Below are positions 1 through 8,030 of a DNA stretch of 28,124 nt, in pieces. Every line of letters starts with the position of its first letter. Within the stretch, counting starts at the first letter, position 1. The translations under genes were made by a program, and so were the position numbers. The notes beneath the pieces are model-generated. The model had not been told where the DNA came from. It was given only the letters and a program-made list of their open reading frames with translations, and ran no database searches. This DNA comes from a virus. Lineage: Duplodnaviria; Caudoviricetes. Location of the stretch: positions 1 to 28,124 of the IMG/VR virus record IMGVR_UViG_3300012667_000125. One strand, written 5' to 3'.

Positions 1-145
1 GTACAATATAGGTTTCTTCAAGTATCGGCTTAACAATAGTCGTTGCCCAAACCCAAACAAAATAGACAATATAACCCATGCCACCAGCCGCAACAATGGG
101 GAATCCATAATCATTGATATATTTTGCAATGCTAGTTGTGTCCAT
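1..145 (-). CDS. Partial small membrane protein running off the window edge; paralog-like to 145..417; holin-like candidate
   Basis: Not in the ORF track. Manual translation from ATG at 145: MDTTSIAKYINDYGFPIVAAGGMGYIVYFVWVWATTIVKPILEETYIV... The start overlaps the upstream stop (TAATG). It shares GFPI plus a hydrophobic segment with the upstream gene. Confidence 0.8.
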   Translation of the reverse strand, partial: MDTTSIAKYINDYGFPIVAAGGMGYIVYFVWVWATTIVKPILEETYIV

Positions 146-417
146 TAGTCTTTGCGCTCAACGATTAGTGGTGGCTTAAGCTTGTCCTTTTCTTGCGGTA
201 TTTCGAGCGCGTCAGCCATTAAAGCATCAATCTTGATAATATCATTACTCATTGCTGTAACGCGCGTGTCGAGCTGTTTAATGATGCTGATTAGCCCGTT
301 TATGCGCTCTTGAACGCTATCAAGCAAAAACTTTACAGTGAGAAAGACAAAATATAATCCAATGCAGGCCGATGCAATCGGAAATCCCACGTCAGTTGCA
401 AACTGCAACATCTCCAT
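145..417 (-). CDS. Small membrane protein (N-terminal TM plus coiled coil, YvrJ-like GFPI motif); holin-like candidate
   Basis: 90 aa; VGFPIASACIGLYFVFLTVKFLL TM segment followed by an amphipathic helix; TAATG coupling on both sides; located after the tail-fibre genes. Confidence 0.7.
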   Translation of the reverse strand: MEMLQFATDVGFPIASACIGLYFVFLTVKFLLDSVQERINGLISIIKQLDTRVTAMSNDIIKIDALMADALEIPQEKDKLKPPLIVERKD

Positions 418-629
418 TATTTAGTCGTCCACCAAGTGAGGAACGAGAATAACGCGCCCACTGTAAACACAATGCCACCAATAAAACTTTTGTATTTCGT
501 TTGCTCGTTTTTCATTTCTTCAAGCGCATGAATTATCGCATCCAATTTTTTACCGCGATCTTCGAATATTTCTTCAAGTGATTCTAATCTTTGCTCTACT
601 TTTGCCAATCGGCATTTTTCATCAGGCAT
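417..629 (-). CDS. Small coiled-coil protein with C-terminal TM helix (XhlA/holin-like architecture)
   Basis: Start moved to MPDEK (ATG 629) because GGAG lies 8 nt upstream and the track start at 662 falls inside a terminator. Heptad-rich segment, then FIGGIVFTVGALFSFLTWW. Confidence 0.65.
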   Translation of the reverse strand: MPDEKCRLAKVEQRLESLEEIFEDRGKKLDAIIHALEEMKNEQTKYKSFIGGIVFTVGALFSFLTWWTTK

Positions 630-645
630 TTTAAAAGCTCCATGC

Positions 646-675
646 AAAAAAAATGCGCCCATGATAGGCGCATTT
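646..675 (-). terminator. Intrinsic terminator after the fibre/adhesin module
   Basis: Minus strand AAATGCGCCT-ATCAT-GGGCGCATTT continuing into a run of 8 T. Confidence 0.8.
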
Positions 676-689
676 ATTCTTAGTTTATT

Positions 690-1085
690 TTATGCAGCAG
701 GTGTTTGAGCATTAACTTTAACTAAAGCATCAGCAACTAAAGCATCTAGTTGATCGGCAGGGATTTGAGCTTTTAACGCATCAAGAACTCGTTTAGCTTT
801 ACCTTGTTCAATTAACTCGGTGCGAACTAGGTAGCTAATACGGTCACGGTATTGATAGTCAGCAATTTGTTGCATTACATCAAGCGAAACTGAGAAAGGT
901 AATTCTTCAGTTTTTGTACTCATGTATTGCAAGATTTCAGCAGGTGGTTCGCCTTGCGGTAGAGCTGCAAGCATCGTTGTGTAGTTATCAATATTGATTT
1001 GATACTGATGCACTTCTCTTTCTCTATGAACTACATTAAGAGCTAAAGAGTTGATGGTGTCTTGCGCGTTGATTGTCATGTACAT
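690..1085 (-). CDS. Hypothetical alpha-helical protein, possibly a chaperone or partner of the repeat protein
   Basis: 131-aa ORF with AAGGA RBS; follows the repeat protein and precedes the terminator. Function is inferred from position only. Confidence 0.6.
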   Translation of the reverse strand: MYMTINAQDTINSLALNVVHREREVHQYQINIDNYTTMLAALPQGEPPAEILQYMSTKTEELPFSVSLDVMQQIADYQYRDRISYLVRTELIEQGKAKRVLDALKAQIPADQLDALVADALVKVNAQTPAA

Positions 1086-1109
1086 TGTTAATTCCTTATT
1101 CTATTTAAT

Positions 1110-2000
1110 TTATATTGAAAACGATACATCATTCCCAACACCAGTAGGTAAAGTGCTAGGGTTAGCGTATTTAGTACCAAATCCAGCAGACCAAGGGTAA
1201 GTAGATATATATGGTGTTGTAGCATGAGCTACTGCTATAGCTGTACCGGCAGGATTAAATGATACACCATTCCCAGTACCAGTAGGTAAAATGCTAGGGT
1301 CAGCGTATTTAGTACCAAATCCAGCAGACCAAGGATAAGTAGATATAGCTAGTGATGAAGCATGAGCTACTGCTATAGCTGTACCGGCAGGATTAAATGA
1401 TACACCATATCCAAAACCAGTAGGTAAAGTGCTAGGGTTAGCGTATTTAGTACCAAATCCAGCAGACCAAGGGTAAGTAGATATATATGGTGTTGTAGCA
1501 TGAGCTACTGCTATAGCTGTACCGGCAGGATTAAATGATACACCATTCCCAGTATTAGTAGGTAAAGTGCTAGGGTCAGCGTATTTAGTACCAAATCCAG
1601 CGGACCAAGGATAAGTAGATATAAATGGTGTTGTAGTATGAGCTACTGCTATAGCCGTACCAGCAGGATCAAATGATACACCATTCCCAGTACCAGTAGG
1701 TAAAGTGCTAGGGTCAGCGTATTTAGTACCAAATCCAGCGGACCAAGGATAAGTAGATATAAATGGTGTTGTAGTATGAGCTACTGCTATAGCCGTACCA
1801 GCAGGATCAAATGATACACCATTCCCAGTACCAGTAGGTAAAGTGCTAGGGTCAGCGTATTTAGTACCAAATCCAGCGGACCAAGGATAAGTAGATATAT
1901 ATGGTGATGAAGCATGAGCTACTGCTATAGCTGTATTAATAGGAGCTGAAAACCTAAACCCAGTTGCATTCATAGTCCCTAAACTAGATATTAAAGGCAT
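1110..2000 (-). CDS. Tandem-repeat beta-propeller-like protein, putative receptor-binding adhesin
   Basis: 22-aa leader plus six 46-aa repeats (last one 44 aa) with a WD40/YVTN-like blade pattern (GVSFxPAGTAIAVAH...ISTYPW); directly downstream of a tail fibre gene. Confidence 0.7.
   Translation of the reverse strand: MPLISSLGTMNATGFRFSAPINTAIAVAHASSPYISTYPWSAGFGTKYADPSTLPTGTGNGVSFDPAGTAIAVAHTTTPFISTYPWSAGFGTKYADPSTLPTGTGNGVSFDPAGTAIAVAHTTTPFISTYPWSAGFGTKYADPSTLPTNTGNGVSFNPAGTAIAVAHATTPYISTYPWSAGFGTKYANPSTLPTGFGYGVSFNPAGTAIAVAHASSLAISTYPWSAGFGTKYADPSILPTGTGNGVSFNPAGTAIAVAHATTPYISTYPWSAGFGTKYANPSTLPTGVGNDVSFSI
1113..1934 (-). repeat. Six near-identical 138-bp coding tandem repeats
   Basis: For example ccattcccagtaccagtagg at 1681 and 1819 (138 bp apart); 22+5x46+44=296 aa. 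Confidence 0.97.
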
Positions 2001-2009
2001 TGGTATTCC

Positions 2010-4139
2010 CTATGCAAATTTAACTAAAGATACGAAAACAGTAAATGTAGCTGCGCCTGTTTTTATAATAGCATAAGTATATACATCAACTGCTGACGCA
2101 TCACCTGTGGTTGGTGCTGTTCCACCCTGCCATTTAGTTGTCACACCAGTAACTGTCCCATCTACTTGCACTACGTTATTATAAAATGCAGTTGCACCAT
2201 TAGTTACCATGTGAGTGACTGTAATCGTTTGACCTACCGCCATTGCAGTATTGAGTGTTGTCCCTGCTGAATGAGTGATATTGATTGTCCAATTAGCAGA
2301 TGCATTACTTGTGTAATATAAAACTGACTGTGAGCTTGTATAATATGCAATCGTTCCAGTAGCCGCAGTAGCAGACACCGTAGTGGTTTCAGCCGCATTA
2401 GTTAATATAGCAGCTAGTGTAGTTGATGTTCCGCTAAAGGTTTGAGTGCCTGTAAAGGTGTTGTTTCCGCTTGTGGAAATTCCGCTAGGCGTTTGCCATG
2501 TTGCGGTTGAACCATCCACAGCCGTTAAAACTTGACCTGTTGTTGGAGCAGCAGACGCGCTTACTGATACAGTGGTTGATGCTGATTTTAATGCACTTGC
2601 ATAACCTGTTGTATTTTGATTAAGCGTTGGAAAATCTGCCGCAACAGCAATCGTTAATGCGCCTGTCAATGTTGTGCTTTTTAAAATGCCAGTGCTAAGA
2701 GCAGAAGTACCCACACTGTAATCTGTACCAGCATTAGCGGCTGATATTGCTGTACCATCACCTTTAATTAATCCAGTAATGGTTGTAGATAACGTAATGT
2801 TTGGCTCAGTAGTAGGATTAGCAACCGTGCCATTGAACCCATTAGCGTTAACAATTGCAACAGTAGTTACCGTGCCAGAACCACCACCTCCGCCAGTAGA
2901 TGAAATAACACCTGAACCATTGATAGTGATAGACGTACCGTCAACTTTAACGCCACCAAGAACAGTTGTGCTTGCAGTTGGTAGCGTATAAGTAGATGCA
3001 CCAGAAATAACACCAGAGCCGTTTATTGTGATGCTTGTACCATCAACTTTTACACCACCTAAAACAGACGTGCTTGCTGTAGGTAATGTGTATGTGTAAT
3101 AACTTGAAATAGTGCCATTGCCATCAATAGTAATCGTTGTGCCATCTACTTTTACACCACCAAGAATAGTAGTTGAAGCTGTTGGCAGTGAACTCAATTT
3201 ATTATTAAATGTTGTCCAATCTGTAGGACTTAAAGCACCACGATTGGTTGCGCTTGCTGTTGGAATATTTAAAGTAATGACAGGCGTTGACGTGCTATTT
3301 GCAACGGTCGATGAAACGTCCGTTCCGGTTGTGCCTAGTGTTAAAGCCGCAACGCTTGTAACTGTACCGCTACCTGAAGGCAATACATCATTTTTCCAAA
3401 GTGAGGTAACGGAATCATATCTAAGCACGTTCCAATTAGCTGGAGATGTAATCGCAACATCATGCAATTCATACAATTCAAAGCCGTTTTGTACTTTGAT
3501 AAATATTTCGCCATTATTTGCGTTTTTACGCGAAACAACGCCCATATAGACTAAATGATATGGTGCTAATGGTTTATTTGCTACGCCATAAACTAAACCG
3601 CCTGCAACCGTTGGCGATAACCAAACTGGATCACCTTCATTTGCCGCAGCGTTTGTGTTTAATGTACCTAAAACACCATCGGTAACAACATAACCTGTAC
3701 CGCCATTTGCAATATCGGCTTCAAGTAATCCCAGTGTTTTGCTTGATGTTAATTCTGCGTTAGCTTGCGCTAATGCGACAGTGACATTTGTACCGTTTGC
3801 GCCATTAACATAAACCGCTTGCCCTTTATATAAAGTCGAGCCAGTAGCGTTTTTAACAGGTTGTTTTACTTTTGCAACAGATACGGTTGAGATAACGCCA
3901 GTACCATCAATGTTAATGGTATTGCTATCAGAAATTACACCGCCTAGCGTTGTTGTGGTTGCAATCGGTAACGCGCCACCAGAATAACTAAGTGAATTCC
4001 ACGCGGTAACGCCATCACCAAATTTTGATTTTCTGGTATCTGTTTCAAATCCTTGCTCTCCAACTGCCAATACAGGATTAGCCGCTGTCCATTGTGCCGC
4101 TGTTCCGCTTCTAGTTTGAATCGTTACAATAGCACCCAT
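2010..4139 (-). CDS. Tail fibre protein with Mtd_N-like N-terminal domain
   Basis: N-terminus IQTRSGTAAQWTAANPVLAVGEQGFETDTRKSKFGDGVTAWNSLSY resembles the Mtd/hyaluronidase N-terminal module; T/G/S-rich; LPTAS..LGGVKVDG repeats; C-terminal WQGGTAP...DVYTYAIIKT domain. Confidence 0.85.
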   Translation of the reverse strand: MGAIVTIQTRSGTAAQWTAANPVLAVGEQGFETDTRKSKFGDGVTAWNSLSYSGGALPIATTTTLGGVISDSNTINIDGTGVISTVSVAKVKQPVKNATGSTLYKGQAVYVNGANGTNVTVALAQANAELTSSKTLGLLEADIANGGTGYVVTDGVLGTLNTNAAANEGDPVWLSPTVAGGLVYGVANKPLAPYHLVYMGVVSRKNANNGEIFIKVQNGFELYELHDVAITSPANWNVLRYDSVTSLWKNDVLPSGSGTVTSVAALTLGTTGTDVSSTVANSTSTPVITLNIPTASATNRGALSPTDWTTFNNKLSSLPTASTTILGGVKVDGTTITIDGNGTISSYYTYTLPTASTSVLGGVKVDGTSITINGSGVISGASTYTLPTASTTVLGGVKVDGTSITINGSGVISSTGGGGGSGTVTTVAIVNANGFNGTVANPTTEPNITLSTTITGLIKGDGTAISAANAGTDYSVGTSALSTGILKSTTLTGALTIAVAADFPTLNQNTTGYASALKSASTTVSVSASAAPTTGQVLTAVDGSTATWQTPSGISTSGNNTFTGTQTFSGTSTTLAAILTNAAETTTVSATAATGTIAYYTSSQSVLYYTSNASANWTINITHSAGTTLNTAMAVGQTITVTHMVTNGATAFYNNVVQVDGTVTGVTTKWQGGTAPTTGDASAVDVYTYAIIKTGAATFTVFVSLVKFA
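2901..3188 (-). repeat. Three 34-aa (102-bp) shaft repeats LPTASTxxLGGVKVDGTxITIxGxGxIS
   Basis: Visible in the translation; a fourth, diverged copy (LPIATTTTLGGVISDSNTINIDGTGVIS) follows the N-terminal domain. Confidence 0.9.
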
Positions 4140-4777
4140 TATGGCGTTCCTCCATTGATTGAACTAACGATGGCAGTATTGACTGTTGGTAATCTTGAAA
4201 CAATGTAATTAACTGTCATTGTGCCAGTAGATACGCCAGAAATTCTGATATATTTTAAACCAACCGTATTGACTTGAGCCGACATATTAGCTGTAAACGT
4301 TGAACCGACAACACCAGTTGATCTATTAAAATAAGATAATGCGTTATATGTTACACCATCAATAGAACCTGTAATTGTTGCTGTTCCTGTCCATGTTCCT
4401 GTTGATGTAAAACTGAATGTGCTTTTACTATCTAGCGTAACAGTCAAAGGCGTTGCACTTGTTGATGAGCCAACAGAAACAACGTCAGTTTCTAACGCGG
4501 TTAAGTCCGGTGTAGTAACAGAGCCAACTGTATAAGTATAAGGTCGAACAGGTGCAACAGGTGTTCCAACCGTAGATGTACCAAACACATAATAAGTAAT
4601 GGTTGGCGGAATAGTTGACATATCCGTGACCATCATAAAAATATCATTATTTGCATCTAATACAGTTGTTCCGTCACCGGATGAACCAGCAACTTGCACC
4701 AACATTCTAGGCATTGACGCATCAACTGTTTGACCACCTACCATAGTATATGGCGTAAAATTTGATGGTGTTGTCAT
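4139..4777 (-). CDS. Beta-rich virion accessory protein, possible fibre adaptor
   Basis: 212 aa, T/S/V/G-rich; AAGGT RBS; TAATG-coupled to the fibre gene. Confidence 0.6.
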   Translation of the reverse strand: MTTPSNFTPYTMVGGQTVDASMPRMLVQVAGSSGDGTTVLDANNDIFMMVTDMSTIPPTITYYVFGTSTVGTPVAPVRPYTYTVGSVTTPDLTALETDVVSVGSSTSATPLTVTLDSKSTFSFTSTGTWTGTATITGSIDGVTYNALSYFNRSTGVVGSTFTANMSAQVNTVGLKYIRISGVSTGTMTVNYIVSRLPTVNTAIVSSINGGTP

Positions 4778-4809
4778 TTAAATTACCTTCTTAAAATTTG
4801 ACTTATTTA

Positions 4810-4818
4810 ATTATAACA
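4810..4818 (-). promoter_or_regulatory. Possible extended -10 promoter (TGTTATAAT)
   Basis: Exact TGnTATAAT in the 46-bp gap before the 4777->690 gene block; the AT-rich context lowers specificity. Confidence 0.4.
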
Positions 4819-4823
4819 AACAA

Positions 4824-5834
4824 TTAAGTTGTTGATGATGTTAATTCAGCCCAAACTCTAATCTCTCCGTTTGATGAGCTATAAGATGAATTAGTGTATC
4901 TATAAACAGATCCGTCAGGAACAATAAAGCTAACGTTCTCTAATGTGTCTGTACTGGTTGATCCGACAGAAATATTATCAACCGTTATAAAATAATAAGT
5001 TGTTGGAGAATTTCCTAGTGATATATTAACAAGAATCGGCTTTCCTGTATTATTTGTGTAATCAGTATTTACTGATCTAACTGATACTTTATTCTTCCAT
5101 GTTTGACCATACCCAATAGCTTTATCAGTTGCAGCGGTTGTAGCTGAATTATCGGCATAAACTTTGGTAGCAAGCAAATATGTTAATGATGAAACATTTG
5201 TGCCGTCACCGATTACTTCATTTGCGCCAGATAATAAAATAGCACCTGTACCTGAAGCTGTTTTGATCGTAATTGAATAAGCACCCATTGTGGCGTTATT
5301 TACAACCGCCCACGATTTTGCCCATGTTGGCACAATAATATTGACGTTTTGCGTCAATGAACCAGAAATGACAAATGTGTCTTTTGCTGCTTGCAATGCG
5401 GTCAACGTCACGTTTGTCGATGCAACAGTTAATAATGTTGCGCCAGATTGTTTTAATGGTAGCCAACCAGCTCCAAACGTTTCGGGATCAGTCGAGTTAT
5501 TAGCCGTGCCATTAATCCAAAAGCCACTATTATCAGTAGACTGCACAATAGCACCAATAGGATAACCGCCCACAGTAGACGCAAACCCACTATCATAAGG
5601 AAAATGACCGCCCGATTGTTCATATTGAATCGCTTGACTTAAATTAAATAAAATCCCGTTCATGTCCTTGCCGCTTGGAGGAACGCCACCAGAGGCTTTT
5701 GGTGTCATGGTAAGTGGTGGAAATCCAGCGGTAAAAGACGCAACACCACCAGATTGTGATGGTACAGGAATCGAATTTTTATCACCACTTGCCGCAAATG
5801 GTACAGTGGTCTTTGTAGGTATTGAGATTGTCAT
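4824..5834 (-). CDS. Baseplate-attached tail fibre protein with C-terminal lectin-like tip domain
   Basis: N-terminal PFAASGDKNSIP...GFPPLTMTP..SGGVPPSGKDMNGIL...GGYPIGA anchor typical of this myovirus type; tip motif IGYGQTW...YTNNTGKPI...SFIVPDG...WAEL. Confidence 0.85.
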   Translation of the reverse strand: MTISIPTKTTVPFAASGDKNSIPVPSQSGGVASFTAGFPPLTMTPKASGGVPPSGKDMNGILFNLSQAIQYEQSGGHFPYDSGFASTVGGYPIGAIVQSTDNSGFWINGTANNSTDPETFGAGWLPLKQSGATLLTVASTNVTLTALQAAKDTFVISGSLTQNVNIIVPTWAKSWAVVNNATMGAYSITIKTASGTGAILLSGANEVIGDGTNVSSLTYLLATKVYADNSATTAATDKAIGYGQTWKNKVSVRSVNTDYTNNTGKPILVNISLGNSPTTYYFITVDNISVGSTSTDTLENVSFIVPDGSVYRYTNSSYSSSNGEIRVWAELTSSTT

Positions 5835-6457
5835 ATATAGAAAATTCCGTCATCAAATGGGAAAGCGTCAGTCGCTTCGTTAAATCCAAAAGTATCGCTA
5901 TCTTGAAAAATGTTTAATCTAATTAAAACACCAGCAGGGCGCGGTAGTAAATCATTTAAAAGAATGTTTTTTTCCCAATCTTCTAATTGAAAGCTAAAAA
6001 AATAATCCATTGTCATGTCGTTAAAATCAATAACATAACAATTGCCACGTCCAGCAAAAACGATTTGTAATAATTTATTTAAATTTCCAGCACTGCAATC
6101 GGTTACGTTTGCCCATGCTTTAGCCAAAATGATTTTTCTGTAAGCGTCATCGGTTAAAGCATATTTTTGTGATGCCGTACTTTGCTCAAAAAATGTACCT
6201 TGATCGAATGGTTCAAAATCGTGTGCAGTATTATCGAAACCAAAAACGCCTTCAGTAGTAAAAACGTCAATATATCTGCCAATGCCAATTTTTACGCCCC
6301 AAACATCAAGCCAATAACCTTCGCAGGTATCGATATTAACGCATTTAGTGTAAATATCGTCAATAATGCCGTTAATATCTAAATCGGTCCCCCATGCGTT
6401 TAATATCGCTTGAATAGTTGGGGAATCGTCATATTGACGCATTGATAAAGGTATCAT
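5831..6457 (-). CDS. Baseplate wedge protein (DUF2612-like)
   Basis: QY.DSP, NIDTCEGYWLDVWG..IG, LTDDAYR, LPRPAGV motifs; follows baseplate J. Confidence 0.85.
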   Translation of the reverse strand: MIPLSMRQYDDSPTIQAILNAWGTDLDINGIIDDIYTKCVNIDTCEGYWLDVWGVKIGIGRYIDVFTTEGVFGFDNTAHDFEPFDQGTFFEQSTASQKYALTDDAYRKIILAKAWANVTDCSAGNLNKLLQIVFAGRGNCYVIDFNDMTMDYFFSFQLEDWEKNILLNDLLPRPAGVLIRLNIFQDSDTFGFNEATDAFPFDDGIFYI

Positions 6458-7677
6458 ACAAGCGTCACCGTAATATGTGCAGCGTCAATGGTTGGAATTT
6501 GGTCAATGCCGACAGCTATTTCACTTAATGATGGTGTGCCGCTTGAAGAAGTTGACATTAAAACAGAAACCAATTTAAGGTTTGTTGATATATTAACGAT
6601 GCCGGCATAAAAACGTGAAGCATATAATTCGCTACCAATTCTAACGCCACCATTGCCATCGTCACCATTAAACGCGCTAATCATAGACGATTTTATTTTT
6701 GCAACGTAATCAGTTGGCAATAATGGAGAGTTTCCAATTTTCACCAAAAAATAAATTGGTAATGGTGTTGGGCGATTAAATTTGATCGTATAAGTTGGTG
6801 CGGGAATTAAACCAGAACCAGTATCACTAACTGTGACTGTTGTATTTCCGTTGGTATTGCAACCGCCAGATTTTTTAGTCCATATTGCTTTTGCAATATC
6901 CGCATCAATACCACCAACTACTGCAATGTAAACACTATGCGGTAAAACGCTATAGCCAGTTACACCAGCAGAAACAGTGCTGCTTGTTGGGTTTTCATAA
7001 GCATAAACATCAATAACGTCCGCAACAGAAAAAACCGCGCCACGAATAGCGTCTAATGTACCGTTTGAATTTACTGCAACCGATTCTTCACGTCTAATTT
7101 CAAAATCATAACGTGATTCAACATCATTCCCGTTTACGCCCGCGCTTTCGTTATTGATAGCATCCCAACCAAATTGAGCCGTGCTGATCTTGTTTAATGT
7201 ATTAGCAGGACAGGGTATATTGCCTTTTGTTAAATTTTCAAAGTTACCGTCAATAACACCACCGACAGGGAACGTGACATTTCCAGTTAATTCATAAATG
7301 TATGAGCCGTCTGTTGCTTGTGCGCCTGCTGCGAGTGTTGAGCTTGGCTGCCCAATCAATTGACAGGTAACAGTAGTTGCTGTTGGTGGTTTTCTTGTTA
7401 AGAAATAAATTCTTGCAATTGCATCTTGCCATCTACCCTCAGCGGTTTGTGGGTCAAATTGCGTCATTAAATAAGCAATTAAGGCATTATTATTGGTGAT
7501 GTAATAAGTCAGGTTTTCGCCTAAATAACCTTGTGGCGTTGCAGGTGAAGTAATGTTTAAATTACCGCCAAAGGCATTATTTAAATCTGATAAAACACCC
7601 GTCAATACATCGGAGGATTGCGGAACAGATACACCTGTCGATGTGATTTCTAAACTGGGTACGTTAGATGTTGACAT
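6454..7677 (-). CDS. Baseplate J-like wedge protein
   Basis: FDPQTAEGRWQDAIARIYFLTRK, G.DVESR.DFE.RR, PHSVYIAVVGG motifs; 407 aa; synteny. Confidence 0.9.
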   Translation of the reverse strand: MSTSNVPSLEITSTGVSVPQSSDVLTGVLSDLNNAFGGNLNITSPATPQGYLGENLTYYITNNNALIAYLMTQFDPQTAEGRWQDAIARIYFLTRKPPTATTVTCQLIGQPSSTLAAGAQATDGSYIYELTGNVTFPVGGVIDGNFENLTKGNIPCPANTLNKISTAQFGWDAINNESAGVNGNDVESRYDFEIRREESVAVNSNGTLDAIRGAVFSVADVIDVYAYENPTSSTVSAGVTGYSVLPHSVYIAVVGGIDADIAKAIWTKKSGGCNTNGNTTVTVSDTGSGLIPAPTYTIKFNRPTPLPIYFLVKIGNSPLLPTDYVAKIKSSMISAFNGDDGNGGVRIGSELYASRFYAGIVNISTNLKLVSVLMSTSSSGTPSLSEIAVGIDQIPTIDAAHITVTLV

Positions 7678-8020
7678 TTGCAGTTGTTCCGTCCGTTAAT
7701 GTTACTTGAATTTGACCATAAATATCGCGTGTGCCGTTATTGTATGCCAGAACTGGTGTTGCTGTCGATACATCGGGTACAGTGATTGATTCGTTGGTTA
7801 GCCACGAAATAAATATATTTCGCGGTGGCATATAACCTAGAATATATTGTTCGTAAGGAACACCGCGCGTAATGTCATAAATGTATTCGCCAGTCCACAA
7901 ACGACAAGATGAAGCAACATCTTGAGCCGCAGCATAAGGCGCGTTAGCCATTGCAATTCCACCATTAGCATCTAGCACTAAATCCCATGCTGTAGGGTCT
8001 AAATATAAAGTGTCTAGCAT
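7664..8020 (-). CDS. Baseplate wedge / sheath initiator (gp25/gpW-like)
   Basis: TLYLDP..WDLVLDA.G.IA, AQDVAS.CRLW.GE..YD..RGVPY; lies between spike and J. Confidence 0.8.
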   Translation of the reverse strand: MLDTLYLDPTAWDLVLDANGGIAMANAPYAAAQDVASSCRLWTGEYIYDITRGVPYEQYILGYMPPRNIFISWLTNESITVPDVSTATPVLAYNNGTRDIYGQIQVTLTDGTTANVNI

Positions 8021-8030
8021 AATTTCCTTT

